From Acanthaster planci (taxonomy: Eukaryota): a stretch of DNA of 64,000 bases. Shown in pieces: positions 52,501 to 64,000 of this stretch. The notes beneath the pieces were generated by a model. It saw only the letters and a list, made by a program, of their open reading frames with translations. It was not told the DNA's origin and did not search any database. The DNA is taken from contig NW_019091358.1 of NCBI RefSeq assembly GCF_001949145.1, forward strand, positions 3,280,535 to 3,344,534, written 5' to 3'. A program made the position numbers and the translations under genes. Position 1 is the first letter of the stretch, and every line of letters starts with the position of its first letter.

Positions 52501-55396
52501 TATTGTACTTGGTGTTCAGCAGGGCATGCCACTTGCTTGTCTATATGACAGGAACATTGTTTATCTGGTATTATCCTCTGGGCCACCTCAAAGCAGGTTT
52601 GAGATGGGTATGTGAATGTGAGCATCTACATGTGCCAACTGCAGTAATGTAAACTGTTCACATGGGTAATTCCAGAAATTAGGTGTCCATTTTTGTGTGT
52701 GTGTCCCTGTCACATCTGATGTGATTTTGTAAGTTCGGAACACATTTTCTAATTTCCAAGAGTGGTGAGCAGATGCAAATTACCTGCCAAACAAACAGTA
52801 ATAGTTTGAAAACAATCCCGGTGATATTTCCATGTCAAATAACAAAGGTCAGATGTAACAGGGACACAAAGGTGTCACACTTTTGGACCCCTAATTTCTG
52901 GAATTACTCATATATACTTATAATTGGGAACATGATTTGTGACCGATTGTTTACTTTATAAAAAAATTTCTCACTTGACAAAAAAACAAACTTACACACG
53001 CCTACATGTACCTTGTAATGGACCTTGTCCCAAGACTGGCATGGCTTTGGTTTCTAATGTTTGGCCATGCTTGGAAAACTGGCTTTCGGAAATCTAGCCA
53101 CACAAATCACAGCCGCTTGGATCATTGGCTAAGACACATTGGCCAATAGTTTTATTGGTGGAAATACGGCTTTCTGGGCAAGGCATGATTCTAGCAACTT
53201 ACCACGGGAACTTTGGCCGGCGAGGCTTCTTGGAAGATTGCTGTCCTGAGGTCCAGCATGACGTAGCCCACATTCTCCCGGGCGTTTGTGGTCGTGTCCA
53301 GGGCATAGCAGACCAGCTTGAGTGGGGTACGCTGCAAGCGGTGCTGGTGCAAGGCTTTCTTGTCCACCTGCTCGGAAAATAGAAATCACCACTGTCACAA
53401 AAAAGGAATTAAGAAGCTGACAGGATACAGTACAAATTGGTGCCCAGGGGCCCATGTCATTCTGAGCTGTTAAAAACTCACATTTGCTAAATAAAATTTT
53501 TTTTTTAGTAAGAACAGCGGCCAGTTACATGGTGCTGGTAAGCCTACAAACTTATCTAGAACAGGAAATATGCTTCGAAGAACCAGGTTTCAAGCTTAAA
53601 AATCCATACGAAGTACATGTACATGTATATTGCTTCTGACTGGTTTACAGCTGCTTTTTGGTATATTTGTGCATTGTGAAACTGGTAAGCAATTATGTCT
53701 GTTTTGCAAGTCTAAGTGACGTGTATTTTTACAAGTTGCTTCTATTAATTAAGCATTGTTTAACAAGTAAATGTGCTGTAAGTTGATATGTCGTTCAGGT
53801 TTGAATGCAATACTGTACATTTAAACAGGAGCTTTAGGATTATTTCATTAGCAATTCACTAAGTTTTGAAACTTGGAGAGATAAATATTCACATTTAAAT
53901 TAAAGTAACATCTCAAAATTGACACACTAGAGATATTTTTTTTCATTATTTTCAAAAGGGGTTTGGGTAAGAATTTTGTTAATTTTGTTCCATTAGACAA
54001 ACAGTAAGGATGTGTACAATGTAGACTTACACTGAGTGAAATGAAATTGAAATAAAGAGAAAACATTAACTTTTTGAAGGAGCTAAAACAAACATTTCTG
54101 TTTTAATTTAAATTTCCAGAGAGAATTCTATACACAAACATGTGCGCACTATGTTTTTTTTAGCTTCAATGACAAATACAGCATCCAGTAAGCCATAAAA
54201 ACATCTTAAAATGTACAAGTGATATCCAGGTATAGAATTCTTTCTGGTGTCTGGGGATTATAAATGAGAGAAATTCAAGTTTACCTCCCATGCCAACTCT
54301 GTGCATAGTTCAGGTGTTTCTGTGTGGGCCACTGGGTCGGTGGCCAGGAGCTCCCCATCAAAGCGAATCTCTATCAGTAACTGATGACGAGACCTTTTGG
54401 GAAATTTTCTCCCTGAAAGCAGATTTATGATAAAGGGAAGACACAAAAATCATATCAGTGGCATGAAGGAGTACGCATACTCATGGAACATCCGGCCTAG
54501 TGCACGGTTGAATGGATGACAATACAAATCACAATTTGTATTGTAACTGGACATTCCATGTGATTACGTATCCTTTCAGGTTCACCTTGGGTTTGACTAT
54601 TGCATTATGGGAAGATTAGAGTAGCTTCAGTCCTTTTATGTGCAGGCCTTCGGTCATGCCACATCATGTGTAATCATACTCTGTATATAGTGTAAATAAA
54701 CTAATCAGAATGTAGTACAGAGTCAAGAAGAATCCTCATTCTTCTCCCATCCGAACCTGGTAATGGTCAATCCAACCGTTACAGTATGCACTCAAATTTT
54801 CTACGAAATGGAACATTTTGTGGCAGGTGAACTTGAAGATTTGTAGAAAAGGTAGGTTTAGCAGTTAAGGCAAGCAAAAAGGATCCCAATGCCTATTTCT
54901 ATTACCAGCTTGTGTCTGGGTGAGATTTGGAAGAAATCGGAGCTTGAAAACAGTGTTTTCGAAAAGTGTACGCATCGATATTTCAAACTGGCGAGGGGAT
55001 TCACAACTGCTTTTTTAGGGGTGACCTTCCGTGGAAAAAATATCTTAATCATGAACAATCATAAAATGGACTTTAATTTGATATATGTCTCAAACGCATG
55101 AGAAACTTGTGTTTTCCCAATTTGTTTGAAGTTCATGTATTTTTCACAGTTGGCTATGACAGTTTATTTACTAGTAAAGCCTGCAACCTTGTTATGGCAG
55201 GCTTAAAAACAAAATAGCGCCCTCATCGCGCTCATGCCTGTATGTACTGCACAACCCCTTTCAAGTTTCATATCACGCAATCATGACTTTACGCCGGCGA
55301 GTAAAATTTTATCCCAATTTTAGTGGAAGTAACGTTATTCTAGTGTTTACCTTCAAGAAGCGACACGACAACCAGAAACTTTTCCCTCGTCCCCAT
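40541..55396 (-). CDS. CEP120: Centrosomal protein of 120 kDa, complete, ~1045 aa
   Basis: 18 phase-consistent exons (55396-55351, 54412-54285, 53367-53203, 52540-52399, 51830-51670, 51134-50937, 50122-49892, 48716-48473, 47977-47752, 47173-47024, 46764-46650, 46250-46083, 45199-45008, 44518-44429, 43945-43740, 42286-42115, 41600-41356, 40799-40541) total 3138 nt. Hallmarks: [121 protein letters not shown] (three C2 domains plus coiled coil). Confidence 0.95.
42308..42830 (-). mobile_element. L2-clade LINE 3' fragment with (TAT)n tail
   Basis: Minus-strand remnants [46 protein letters not shown] and [10 protein letters not shown], followed by a 3' UTR and (ATT)n. Confidence 0.85.
43160..43633 (+). 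mobile_element. Second, partial copy of the piggyBac-type element at 23095
   Basis: Shares TGCTAATCTGGCCCCTA, GAACAAAAGAAA, AATACTTGGGCATCAATAGAT and the terminus GGCAGCAAGTGGTTAA. The left end is not recognisable. Confidence 0.8.
44225..44340 (+). mobile_element. SINE fragment (B-box plus conserved central domain)
   Basis: GGTTGGAATCC...GGGTAAGTCACTTTACCCC...GTATAAATGGGTACC. Related motifs occur on the minus strand near 24500-24570 and 40235-40260. Confidence 0.6.
45910..46054. mobile_element. Short MITE, TIR CAGGC(C/A)TGCAACTT
   Basis: CAGGCCTGCAACTT ... AAGTTGCATGCCTG; related copy at ~7817-7963. Confidence 0.75.
48100..48460. repeat. Degenerate (ACC/ATC)n trinucleotide low-complexity tract in a CEP120 intron
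   Basis: CACCATCACCACC-type repeats generate the spurious V/M-rich and T/I-rich ORFs in the track. Confidence 0.9.
49146..49441 (+). mobile_element. tRNA-derived (Thr-AGT-like) repeat, copy 2, with ~37-bp terminal direct repeats
   Basis: tRNA-like core ~49238-49309 (GGTCGAGTGGTTAAG; TCTGC-ACTAGTAA-GCAGG; GTGGG-TTCGAGT-CCCAC). TTAACATCTCCC(T/C)AATGCAAAAATACATCTTGA(A/G)AAT occurs at 49146 and 49405. Confidence 0.85.
50380..50525 (-). mobile_element. tRNA-derived repeat, copy 3 (degraded, inverted)
   Basis: CTCCTGCTTACTAGTGCAGATG...GGGGTTAGCTGGCTGGTTTGA is the reverse complement of the family core. Confidence 0.75.
52663..52910. mobile_element. MITE, TIR GGGTAATTCCAGAAATTAG, copy 2
   Basis: TGGGTAATTCCAGAAATTAGG ... 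CCTAATTTCTGGAATTACTCA; the interior is the reverse complement of 15858-16091. Confidence 0.85.
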
Positions 55397-55439
55397 GGTA
55401 CACTGACACCAGAGAGTGGTTTCTGTGTAAAATTTGTGT

Positions 55440-55780
55440 CAACGGAACCAAACTCGGCTTCCGGTAAGTTTGAAAACAGCCGCCATGTTTGTCAAGTGGC
55501 GAGCGCATGATCTGTAACCTTTTTTTTTTTTGACCCAGGATGGGACATGACGTCATGTCAGCCGATTTGGGAGTGCAATTTTTAACCAACGCGAAGAAAC
55601 TGGAAAGGTAGGGCTTGGAAAGTCGTTATTTTACGGATTGCTAAGAAATGAAATTCGCAAAAAGTGGAGCAAGAAATAACATACAGATTAAGTGTATATT
55701 TGTTTGTGAAATAAAGGGAATCGGTGTCCATTATAGAGGATGTCCGCCCATGGCAACAGGAAGTGTCTCGTCATGCCCGA
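55440..55780. promoter_or_regulatory. Probable bidirectional promoter between CEP120 (-) and CSNK1G (+)
   Basis: ETS-like CTTCCGG (~55458), YY1-like GCCGCCATGTT (55479-55489), CRE TGACGTCA inside a perfect 16-bp palindrome (55544-55559), RFX X-box half-site CCATGGCAAC (55748-55757) and CAGGAAGTG (55757-55765). Confidence 0.65.
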
Positions 55781-57785
55781 TTTTTATTGACCGTTTCAGT
55801 GCTGTGTATTTTATGGGACCACACGATACGATACACAGCCAGTCAACATTGATGAGGTTGGACTGTTAAATATTTGTTGAAGCGTAAACCTTTGCTAGCC
55901 GTCTGTTATCACGCAAGTAGCACCACTTACTCGTATATAAAGTACAGTCTTTATTAAAAGTACAATGTACATATACCGGTTTCTTTTCATTCAGTGCACC
56001 ATCTATTTTGCTGCTGGTTTCTAACATGTTAAACATGTTTGTTATTCATGTTAATCATAGGTAGGCTATGGCTTGTAGTTCAGCATGATCAGGCCAGGGA
56101 CCGCTTGCCAACAGAGTTCAGCATGGTCATTGTTCGGCGTACATGTAGGCCTAACATTAGTTACCAATGTAAAATTTTAAATATGTGATCAGGTGCTGTG
56201 CATGCTAGACATGCTCGCCTACTGCTACACAAACAGTACCAAAGTCTTTGCCAAAAACTTGGCCCAAAAGAGTAGCGGACATGAACTTGAAGGAAACTTA
56301 CGTTATACTTCATCTGACATGTTCAACCTGTTTCTACTTACACTCAAATAATTAGTTTGCCCATTTATAGCGGATATTTTGCCTGTATCAGTTTGCACTT
56401 CATTTGTAGCCAAGGAACTGATACAATTAGTAAGTTCACCTTCAGTAAACATGTACATTGTCGCTGCATGTTATACAAAGCATTAACAGCAAACATCATT
56501 TTTCAAAAGCCTGATTTCAGTGTTTTTATACGGTACAAGCCAACATGGACTGGCAGCATGCTTGAAAGTACATGTTAATTTTTCCCATATATCAAAAACC
56601 TCAGGCAAAAATGGTTTGGAACCCACAAATATCTTTAACTAAATTTTGGCCTTGTTTAAATTTTTGTTTATCCGGCACATTCAGCATTGTCTCGAGCACA
56701 TTATTCATAGAAAAAAAATTGTGATGTTCACTATTTATGACATGAACTTGAAGGATTGATGGGCAAAAGTGATAGGCTATTAACCTCTGTGCACTCATTC
56801 ACTCCTACGAATGTCATATTAATGGAGTCCAATCTATATTTGATGTTAGTATTAATTTGCCCATATTTCCTCCACACTAAGTTCTGTTCTGCTGACAGAA
56901 ATATGCAGTTACTCAAACGGTATCTTGATTGCTTTCGTTTATTGGGCAGTTTTCAATGGTTCTCTTTAATTGCCCAATGTGGAGGGATAAGGATAATATC
57001 AGCGCCTTTGAATTATAAATAGCGTGAGATACCGTACATGTATATATACTGTGCACCTGATACCTTATTAGTATCCTTATTAGTGAGAGTTCCATATGAA
57101 TATCACTAAGTTTCCTTTGCAGTAGTTTATTAGCCATTAGAAAGTGATGTGTCCTAAAAAGTCAAATTTGGCCGAATTCACATTGTTTGGGAAAAGCATG
57201 TGCAATGTCAGTATGAGCCTCTGACTCAGTACATGCACATTAGTTGTTTGAAAAGAAAATAGCTGTATACGTGATTTGTGGTATTGAATAAGAGGAGATG
57301 CTCTCAAACTTTAGATTTGTGGGTCACTTAAGTGTCATCTCACTACTGTTAATTTCTTTTTTCTCGTAAATGTTCAGGGTGCCTTTAACAGACGTAGCTA
57401 CGTGGATCTACCCATGGATATACTATAGCAGTCCTCATCGGTGGGGATTGGGTTCCAACTCGGATATACCTTGGTAGCTGTGGAGTGATATGTTCTTCAA
57501 GTGACAATAAATCATCGCTTGGATTTTTTTTTTCCGTCATTTTTTTCTGTTGGCCAACATCACCGATTTCCTGGAAATGATCTGCCTTGGAACCTATCGA
57601 CACATTTTGTGCAGGATGGATTGTCGGACAGGTTCAAGCTAGTCCTTTTTCTCCCCGTCCCGTCGTCCGTGTTCAGTTGTGGCTGGAACCGCACAGCGGC
57701 TTCAGTGGGTGTGTTTTTTTTCTGTTGATTCTGTTAGCGTCGGACTCGGAGTGAACGGGACTGCTCAAATATGCAGACCAGCAGG

Positions 57786-57951
57786 ATGGAGAAAGTGGAC
57801 AATGACCCCAAGCGGAAATCCAAGGCCAGCAGCCGGGGGTCGCATCAAACCAGGTCCAGCAACCCCGCCAGTACTGGGGTGCTGATGGTTGGGCCCAACT
57901 TTAGAGTTGGAAAGAAGATTGGCTGTGGGAACTTTGGCGAGTTGAGACTAG
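57786..57951 (+). CDS. CSNK1G: Casein kinase I gamma, first coding exon; the rest of the gene lies beyond the window end
   Basis: [56 protein letters not shown] is the diagnostic CK1-gamma N-lobe start, followed by donor G|GTGAGT. An alternative in-frame ATG is at 57771 and the probable exon acceptor at 57376-57377. Confidence 0.95.
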
Positions 57952-60585
57952 GTGAGTGTTCTCTGGCTGAAGAAAAGCCGCACTTTTGTCTTCCGAAGCA
58001 ACTTTCATTTTTATAAACCACTCTGGCAAGCAGGATTGAAAGGTGTTTAGCTGGTGTGACAGGCGCACATGTATGTTGCGCATCCTGGTGTAAATTCCTT
58101 GCTGACCGATAGACTGACCTGGTGATTTGAAGCTTCTCCTGCAGTGATACCCCATATTCGTGCACTGGTTGTATTCGCAAGTTTAATGCCTCTTCAGAGC
58201 GCGAAATTAGACCAAAAAAGTGCTCGGACAAAATGTCATAACACAATCAATTTTGTTCTGCCATTACCAGCTTTTGATCTGCCTTATATTATATAAAAGG
58301 TAGAGTTGTGACGTGCACTGTCAGGGGTCAAATTAACTTTATTTCCTGGTCCTACCAGAACTGCACACACAGCCGCATCGAGCAATCCTTGTTCAGGCGA
58401 AGGCCGCGACAATTTTTTTTTTTTTTTTAGTTTGCCCGATCGGGCAGGACATGTCATAAATTTGCTTGCTCGAATTGGATCAACACTTACCAAAGATTTT
58501 TCAGAATCCACGATTCTTATGGTTATTTAACTTAGGCCTACAGCATACATGCAGTCTTTTATTAGGCAAAAAAAAAGTTGTGCTACGCAAGCCTCTCAAA
58601 AATTGGGTCAGTAGGTCGGAACTTTTTTTTTTGCTTTGGGGGCAATTTTTGTGCTGATTGAATGGCATCAGTGGGGTGAAAGTTTCCAAAAGTTTCTCAA
58701 AAAGGATGAACACATGAACACCTGTCTTAATCTACGTAAAAATTTTTACGTACTGCAATTCGCAAGAAAATTATGAACAATTCACACAATCACGATGGCA
58801 GTCACGACGGCAAACTGGCCAACAATGTCCGTGTATCGCGTGGTAAGCATGTGTCATGCATCCAGACCAGCGGACATTAAACCTTGTGCCATGAGCAGAA
58901 CAACCTCAAATTACACTCATGAACACAGAAAATACAGACATAAATAAGAGACCAAGTTATGTGAATTAACTTGCAGAAAACCTCTTGCAACATAGCATCC
59001 ATGTCTTTCCGGCCTGCAGCCTTTTGCATTCGCAACGTGTGTATGGCCAATGAAGAGTGTTTATGTACAGTACATTCAATACATGTACAGTACAGACTGG
59101 TACTGGTTGCTACATTTCCATCATGCATTCTTTTGCATGGGTGCAGCACGGTGCGAACCAGAGCAGCTTCGTTTAATGCACAAAGTTTCGCGCACAGTTT
59201 TCACCACTGTGACAGCAAAACGTTGATGTTGACGACCCGCAAAGAATTATAGGGCAATTTCATGTCTGTGCAAGTAAAGTCTACATACACACATGGCGCT
59301 CGGTGTAATTAACGTAATTCTGACACAAAACTAATAATAAATGGGACGCCATAATCCCATATATTGTGTTGATATTTTAAGAGCTGTTAGTGATATGTTG
59401 GTCGGACAATTTGTCCGAGCATCTTTGATTTTGTTCGGACAAACACAATAAGTGCTCGGAAAAAGTCCAACCATAATTTCACGCTCTGCCTCTTTATCTA
59501 ACAGGGTGTTGTGGTTTGAAAGAATCACAGACGCCTCAAATTAATGACTGTGGGTACTGAGCCACCATGGTAATGGCATCCCTTTGGACTGGGTATTTAC
59601 AAGTTTGCAATATGCCTGGATGTATCAAGTAAAAAAATCTGTGCAATACGTCATGAGTACAGTACCAGCTGTTTCTCAAATCCTGAGGAACCATCTTATT
59701 AACCCTTATCCTGGCCTCTCTATGCTTTCTCTGGGCACCCTGACACATCCTGCTGGGTTGACTACAGGGTCTGAAACAGTCTGAAACCCCCAGAAATGCA
59801 TAATTTGCCCACTTTGTAGTTCAACCTGCGAGTGGTCAACAATAATGAACAGGCCCACATTTAGCTTAAAATGTTTGCTTCTCCACTGTCTGGTAGAAGA
59901 GAAGAGATTGCCAGTTGTCTTCTACCATGTCTACCCATACATGTACCGGTAGCGCCTGTGCACACTTTAATATTCTGCTGTTGTAACAGTTTTATCTCAA
60001 AGAACTAAACCCTTGTAATGCCAAGTGTCATCAGTGATGATGAAAATTTGCTAGTAACCATCTCTGGAACAGTCCAGCTCACAACAATAATTTATACTTT
60101 ACATGTAAAAATTTACATCTCCGAGCACTAGACACTTTATTACTGGATGTAACTCCAGTAGTCCCAGTTGGTGGAAACCTGTATGCATTTCAGTCTTCAG
60201 GTTTTCAGGGAAAACCAGTGCTTTTGGATGACCACATGGTACACCAAGTGCAGTACAATGCAATGTAGATTTTTTTTCAAATGAAAGTTGCTGTTTGCAA
60301 GTGATTCACTGACAGAAAAACAAACAGTAGAGTTTTCCCACAAAAACGTAGATTGTAAGCCTTCGAGAAATCTTACTCCAGTTTTAGTATTAAATGTACA
60401 GTGCACAGCACGAGCAAGAAACTGCATTCCATAGGAAATAGAAATGATGCGCTGAGCCACTGTTGAAGAACATGCAGTCCACAGGTGCAATTGCACAATC
60501 TAAACTAATATGCTGGAGTTGCTAAATTGCCATGTTACACATGTACATTGTGCATGTGAACTTTTTGTTAACCCTAACCCCCTTC

Positions 60586-60996
60586 AGGTTTCTCTAGGTA
60601 CACTACTTACCAGGATTCTCTAGGAACCCTACTGACCAAGATTCTCTAGGCACCCACTGACCAGGATTCTCTAGGAACCCTACTGACCAAGATTCTCTAG
60701 GCACCCTACTGACCAGGATTCTCTAGGCACCTTACTGACCAAGATTCTCTAGGCACCCTACTGACCAGGATTCTCTAGGAACCCTACTGACCAGGATTCT
60801 CTAGGAACCCTACTGACCAAGATTCTCTAGGCACCCTACTGACCAGGATTCTCTAGGAACCCTACTGACCAAGATTCTCCAGGCACCCACTGACCAGGAT
60901 TCTCTAGGCACCCTACTGACCAGGGTTCTCTAGGTACCCATTGACCAGGATTATCTAGGCACCCTACTGACCAGGATTGTCTAGCCTAGGCACCCT
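60586..60996. repeat. 26-bp minisatellite, ~16 copies, in the CSNK1G intron
   Basis: Unit ACCA(G/A)GATTCTCTAGG(A/C)ACCCTACTG arranged head-to-tail without spacers. Confidence 0.97.
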
Positions 60997-63900
60997 GCTG
61001 ATCCCCGTAGAATAAAACAACAGCAAAAGTGTGGAGCCTGCTGAACATGACAGAATCAAACAGCTAGAACAAAAGGCCTTTGTTCAATGTTCACATTGAC
61101 AAAATCCCACAGAAAGTGACCACTATTTGATATTGTCAGTTAAGCATGGTTAGGGTTCACTTAAAAAAAATACATGTATAAAAAGTCATAACATGCCATG
61201 TATTGCACTGAATATATGTACGCACATGCACAAACATACGTGTACATGTATGTACATGTATGTCACTTAAGTGCATGGCATGCCATTATTAACACACACG
61301 TGTTCTCCCCTGGATTGGGATCACAGCCAAGCAGACTGATTGCACCACTGGTCTCTTTCCCTTCCCTCTTCCACTTCTGTTTTACTCTGGTATCAGGACA
61401 TCTCTTTTTTTTCTTCTTTTTTTTAATGTGGACATCAGAATCGAACGTACGCATTCATCCAATCTGGCCTGTGTGTGTGTTGCCGTCATCATTCCCCGTT
61501 GAACTTTGTCTGGGTGTTGCCAGGTTGGTAATCAGATAACACCCTACCGGTACATGGGTTTTTCAGGATGGATGGACTTGTCCTTGTGCGCTGCCAACAT
61601 CTGAATGGGTCTTATTTTGGGGTAGTGTCTCTTACCCTGTACATGTACAGATACATGTAACAATGGCCGTTACATGTATAGAAATGCATCTGATAAATAT
61701 TGTGCTGCCCTGTGTTATACCGGGACTTGCCTGACATGAAGTACATTGGTTTTTATCAGGGAAAAAATCTCTGGTTTCTGGTCAGGAGCTGCTCCAGAAG
61801 TGGTGCGGTGGCACTGCTTTTTTTTTCAACCCTCACTTGTGGGGGGGGAATGATGTACATGTACATAATGCACGATGTCCATTGCAACTGCATGCGCACA
61901 ACACTAAAACAGACTGGCCCTTATACTTTCTATTGTGAAAAAGCAATTTCAGTTTGGACATACATGTATGTAGGCAGGACATAAGATCAACTCATCTGGT
62001 TCCCAGATGTACATGTACAATTGTACATATAAATGTATAATACAGAAATGATGTCATCTGAAAAAGAGTGCCTGACTAAATGTACGGGGAACTAGAGGGA
62101 CTCCTTTACTGATACTGTGTATCAAAAACGCGTTGAAATTACGGAGTAGAAGGGTTCTGTTTGGACATCATTTTTATACCAAATGAAAAACTTTTTTATT
62201 CTGCCGACGTGCAGGTTTTCGGCAATACGCATGCTGACCAGAAACTGGAGACTTTTTATTTGGCTTTATTTATGAAGAACTTCACATCAACACTTTTTGC
62301 GACTAACCACCATTTGACAGGCCATAGTCAGATTGTGCAAGTATAATTGTGTTTCAGAAACCGTGATCTATCATCCATGTTTGAGAATTGGCAATATCCA
62401 CAGAAGAAAAAAAGGAACAAATGAAAGATTGTCATTGAATCTTTCAAAGCACCAGCCAATATGGATTCTACTTGGGTTTTAGCAGGACTCTAATTGATCT
62501 TGAATTATTTTATGCTGTTTAATTTGCAAAAGACAAAGCTGAACATTTCACCAATCTTTAATGCCACGTACCGCTACATAATTAAATTCCTAAATCCATA
62601 GACTGTTGTAAGATTATGCCATATTTCACCTGTGCATTCTAATATTGTACAATGTCCTTGATGGAGAAGCATTTTACCCATTTAAATGTTAGCACCGGTA
62701 ATCTGTGGGAAGGAATGCGAGCAATAATCAATTTCTTTTAATTCTTAAGCAACTTTTCGCCAAATCACTCTGAAAAGTGCTGATAGGAATGTTCATGGGT
62801 CATTCTGTGGAAAACGAGGCTGATGTCAGACATGCAACTGCCGTTTGTTTATTCAAATGCACTCTTCTTGATATTAATACGCAACCCCATAAATTTCTTC
62901 TTTTGAAAGTGGAATTTCAGCTGTTCGTGGAGAAAGCCTGACAGGATGTTTATTGGGAAAAAAGAAGATAAAAACATGAGAAATTCAACAAATACTGTAC
63001 ACAGTTCGTCAAACTTTGCATAATGCGTGCAGCTCTTGGCACTTGTGTATTCCACATAACTGCAAAATATAAACCAGAACCCCTTCCCCACCCCGCCACT
63101 ATACCACAACAGCCGCAGCATGGCACCAGATACATGTTTGAAATGGTAAACTACTTTTTTTTTCCAGATTTCTAGGAATTCAAAGCACATGTAGACATTT
63201 GCCCAATAAAATTCATATTTTTTACATTATAGGGCCTAGTACCGGTATTTGCTTCTTTGTAATCAGTTGACGTTGGATACTCTAAATCAAAAAAGCTTCT
63301 GGGGCATTTTTTTTTCTCCCTGTAATTTTTTCAAAATTGCAATTTATTTGTGACGCAACCAATCACGACACATAAATACGTCAACCGCGGAAATGAAAAA
63401 AGAAGTCTTAAAAGAGTGCACACGTCCTCCGTGGAACAAATAAGGAAAAGTGTCCATACACGTCATCTGGTTTGGTTAAGTAATGTACACACCAGTATAC
63501 ATGTATGTAACAGTTGGTGTATGAGCACATGTACATATTTACATGTACATACCGGTATGTACATGCAAGTCACATCAGGAAGGCAAAGAAGAAGGCAGGT
63601 TGTCACAGCATTCGAGTACATGTACAAGTACGTTACATATTCTTGTGCACACACCAACTCCACAGCGTAAAACAGAAAGCTTTCTTTAGCTGTTATTAAT
63701 TTGATTACCCATTGACATCTGCTGGGAACATGGCATACATGTACATGTACTGAATATGAAGTGGGGAACAGATGTTTGTAAAATGTTGTGGTGGGACGTC
63801 CAGATTTCCTGGAATGAAAAGTACATGTACTTGTATACAGTTGGGAATGGAGATCATTTGTCCCTTTAGAAATATTTTTCTACATGTACATGTACCTTGA

Positions 63901-64000
63901 CATGTTGAACCTGACACAAGTGTTCACAGTTACCTAAATTTCACCCCCTCGAGTACAAGTCAGCATTCACTGCATGTATACATACATCCTTGTGCACACA

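Noticed and set aside
58160..58200. Hammerhead ribozyme core on the minus strand (CTGAAGAG..GAATA)
   Set aside because: It lacks the invariant GAAA and convincing flanking stems.
60586..60996. CRISPR-like array
   Set aside because: Repeats are contiguous with no unique spacers, there are no cas genes, and the context is a eukaryotic intron.
61750..61800. Possible second CSNK1G coding exon (GKNL after an AG)
   Set aside because: The phase does not fit the G|GT donor at 57951, and the expected NEYVAIKLE does not follow.

Overview
Intron-rich animal genomic DNA. The repeat style and gene set suggest an invertebrate deuterostome such as an echinoderm, but this is inference. Manual splicing (GT/AG junctions, phase continuity) supports four protein-coding genes. 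(1) An alpha-2-macroglobulin-family thioester protein on the minus strand, 25 exons from ATG 19734 to 275, running off the window start, with an intact GCGEQ. (2) A complete TRIP4/ASC-1 (minus, 11 coding exons, ~590 aa). (3) A complete CEP120 (minus, 18 exons, ~1045 aa). (4) The first coding exon of casein kinase 1 gamma (plus), head-to-head with CEP120. Introns and intergenic DNA hold many non-autonomous DNA transposons (piggyBac-, hAT- and Tc1/pogo-like, one nested pair), tRNA-derived SINE-like repeats, LINE fragments and minisatellites. The most notable observations are: an A2M with a ~100-aa extra segment between signal peptide and MG1, built partly from a 29-nt microexon; an apparently ancestral TRIP4-CEP120-CSNK1G block whose members are split between two human paralogous regions; and a tRNA-Thr-like repeat with ~37-bp terminal redundancy. 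I found no CRISPR, no prokaryote-type system and no intact autonomous mobile element. Most ORF-track entries are spurious or exon fragments.
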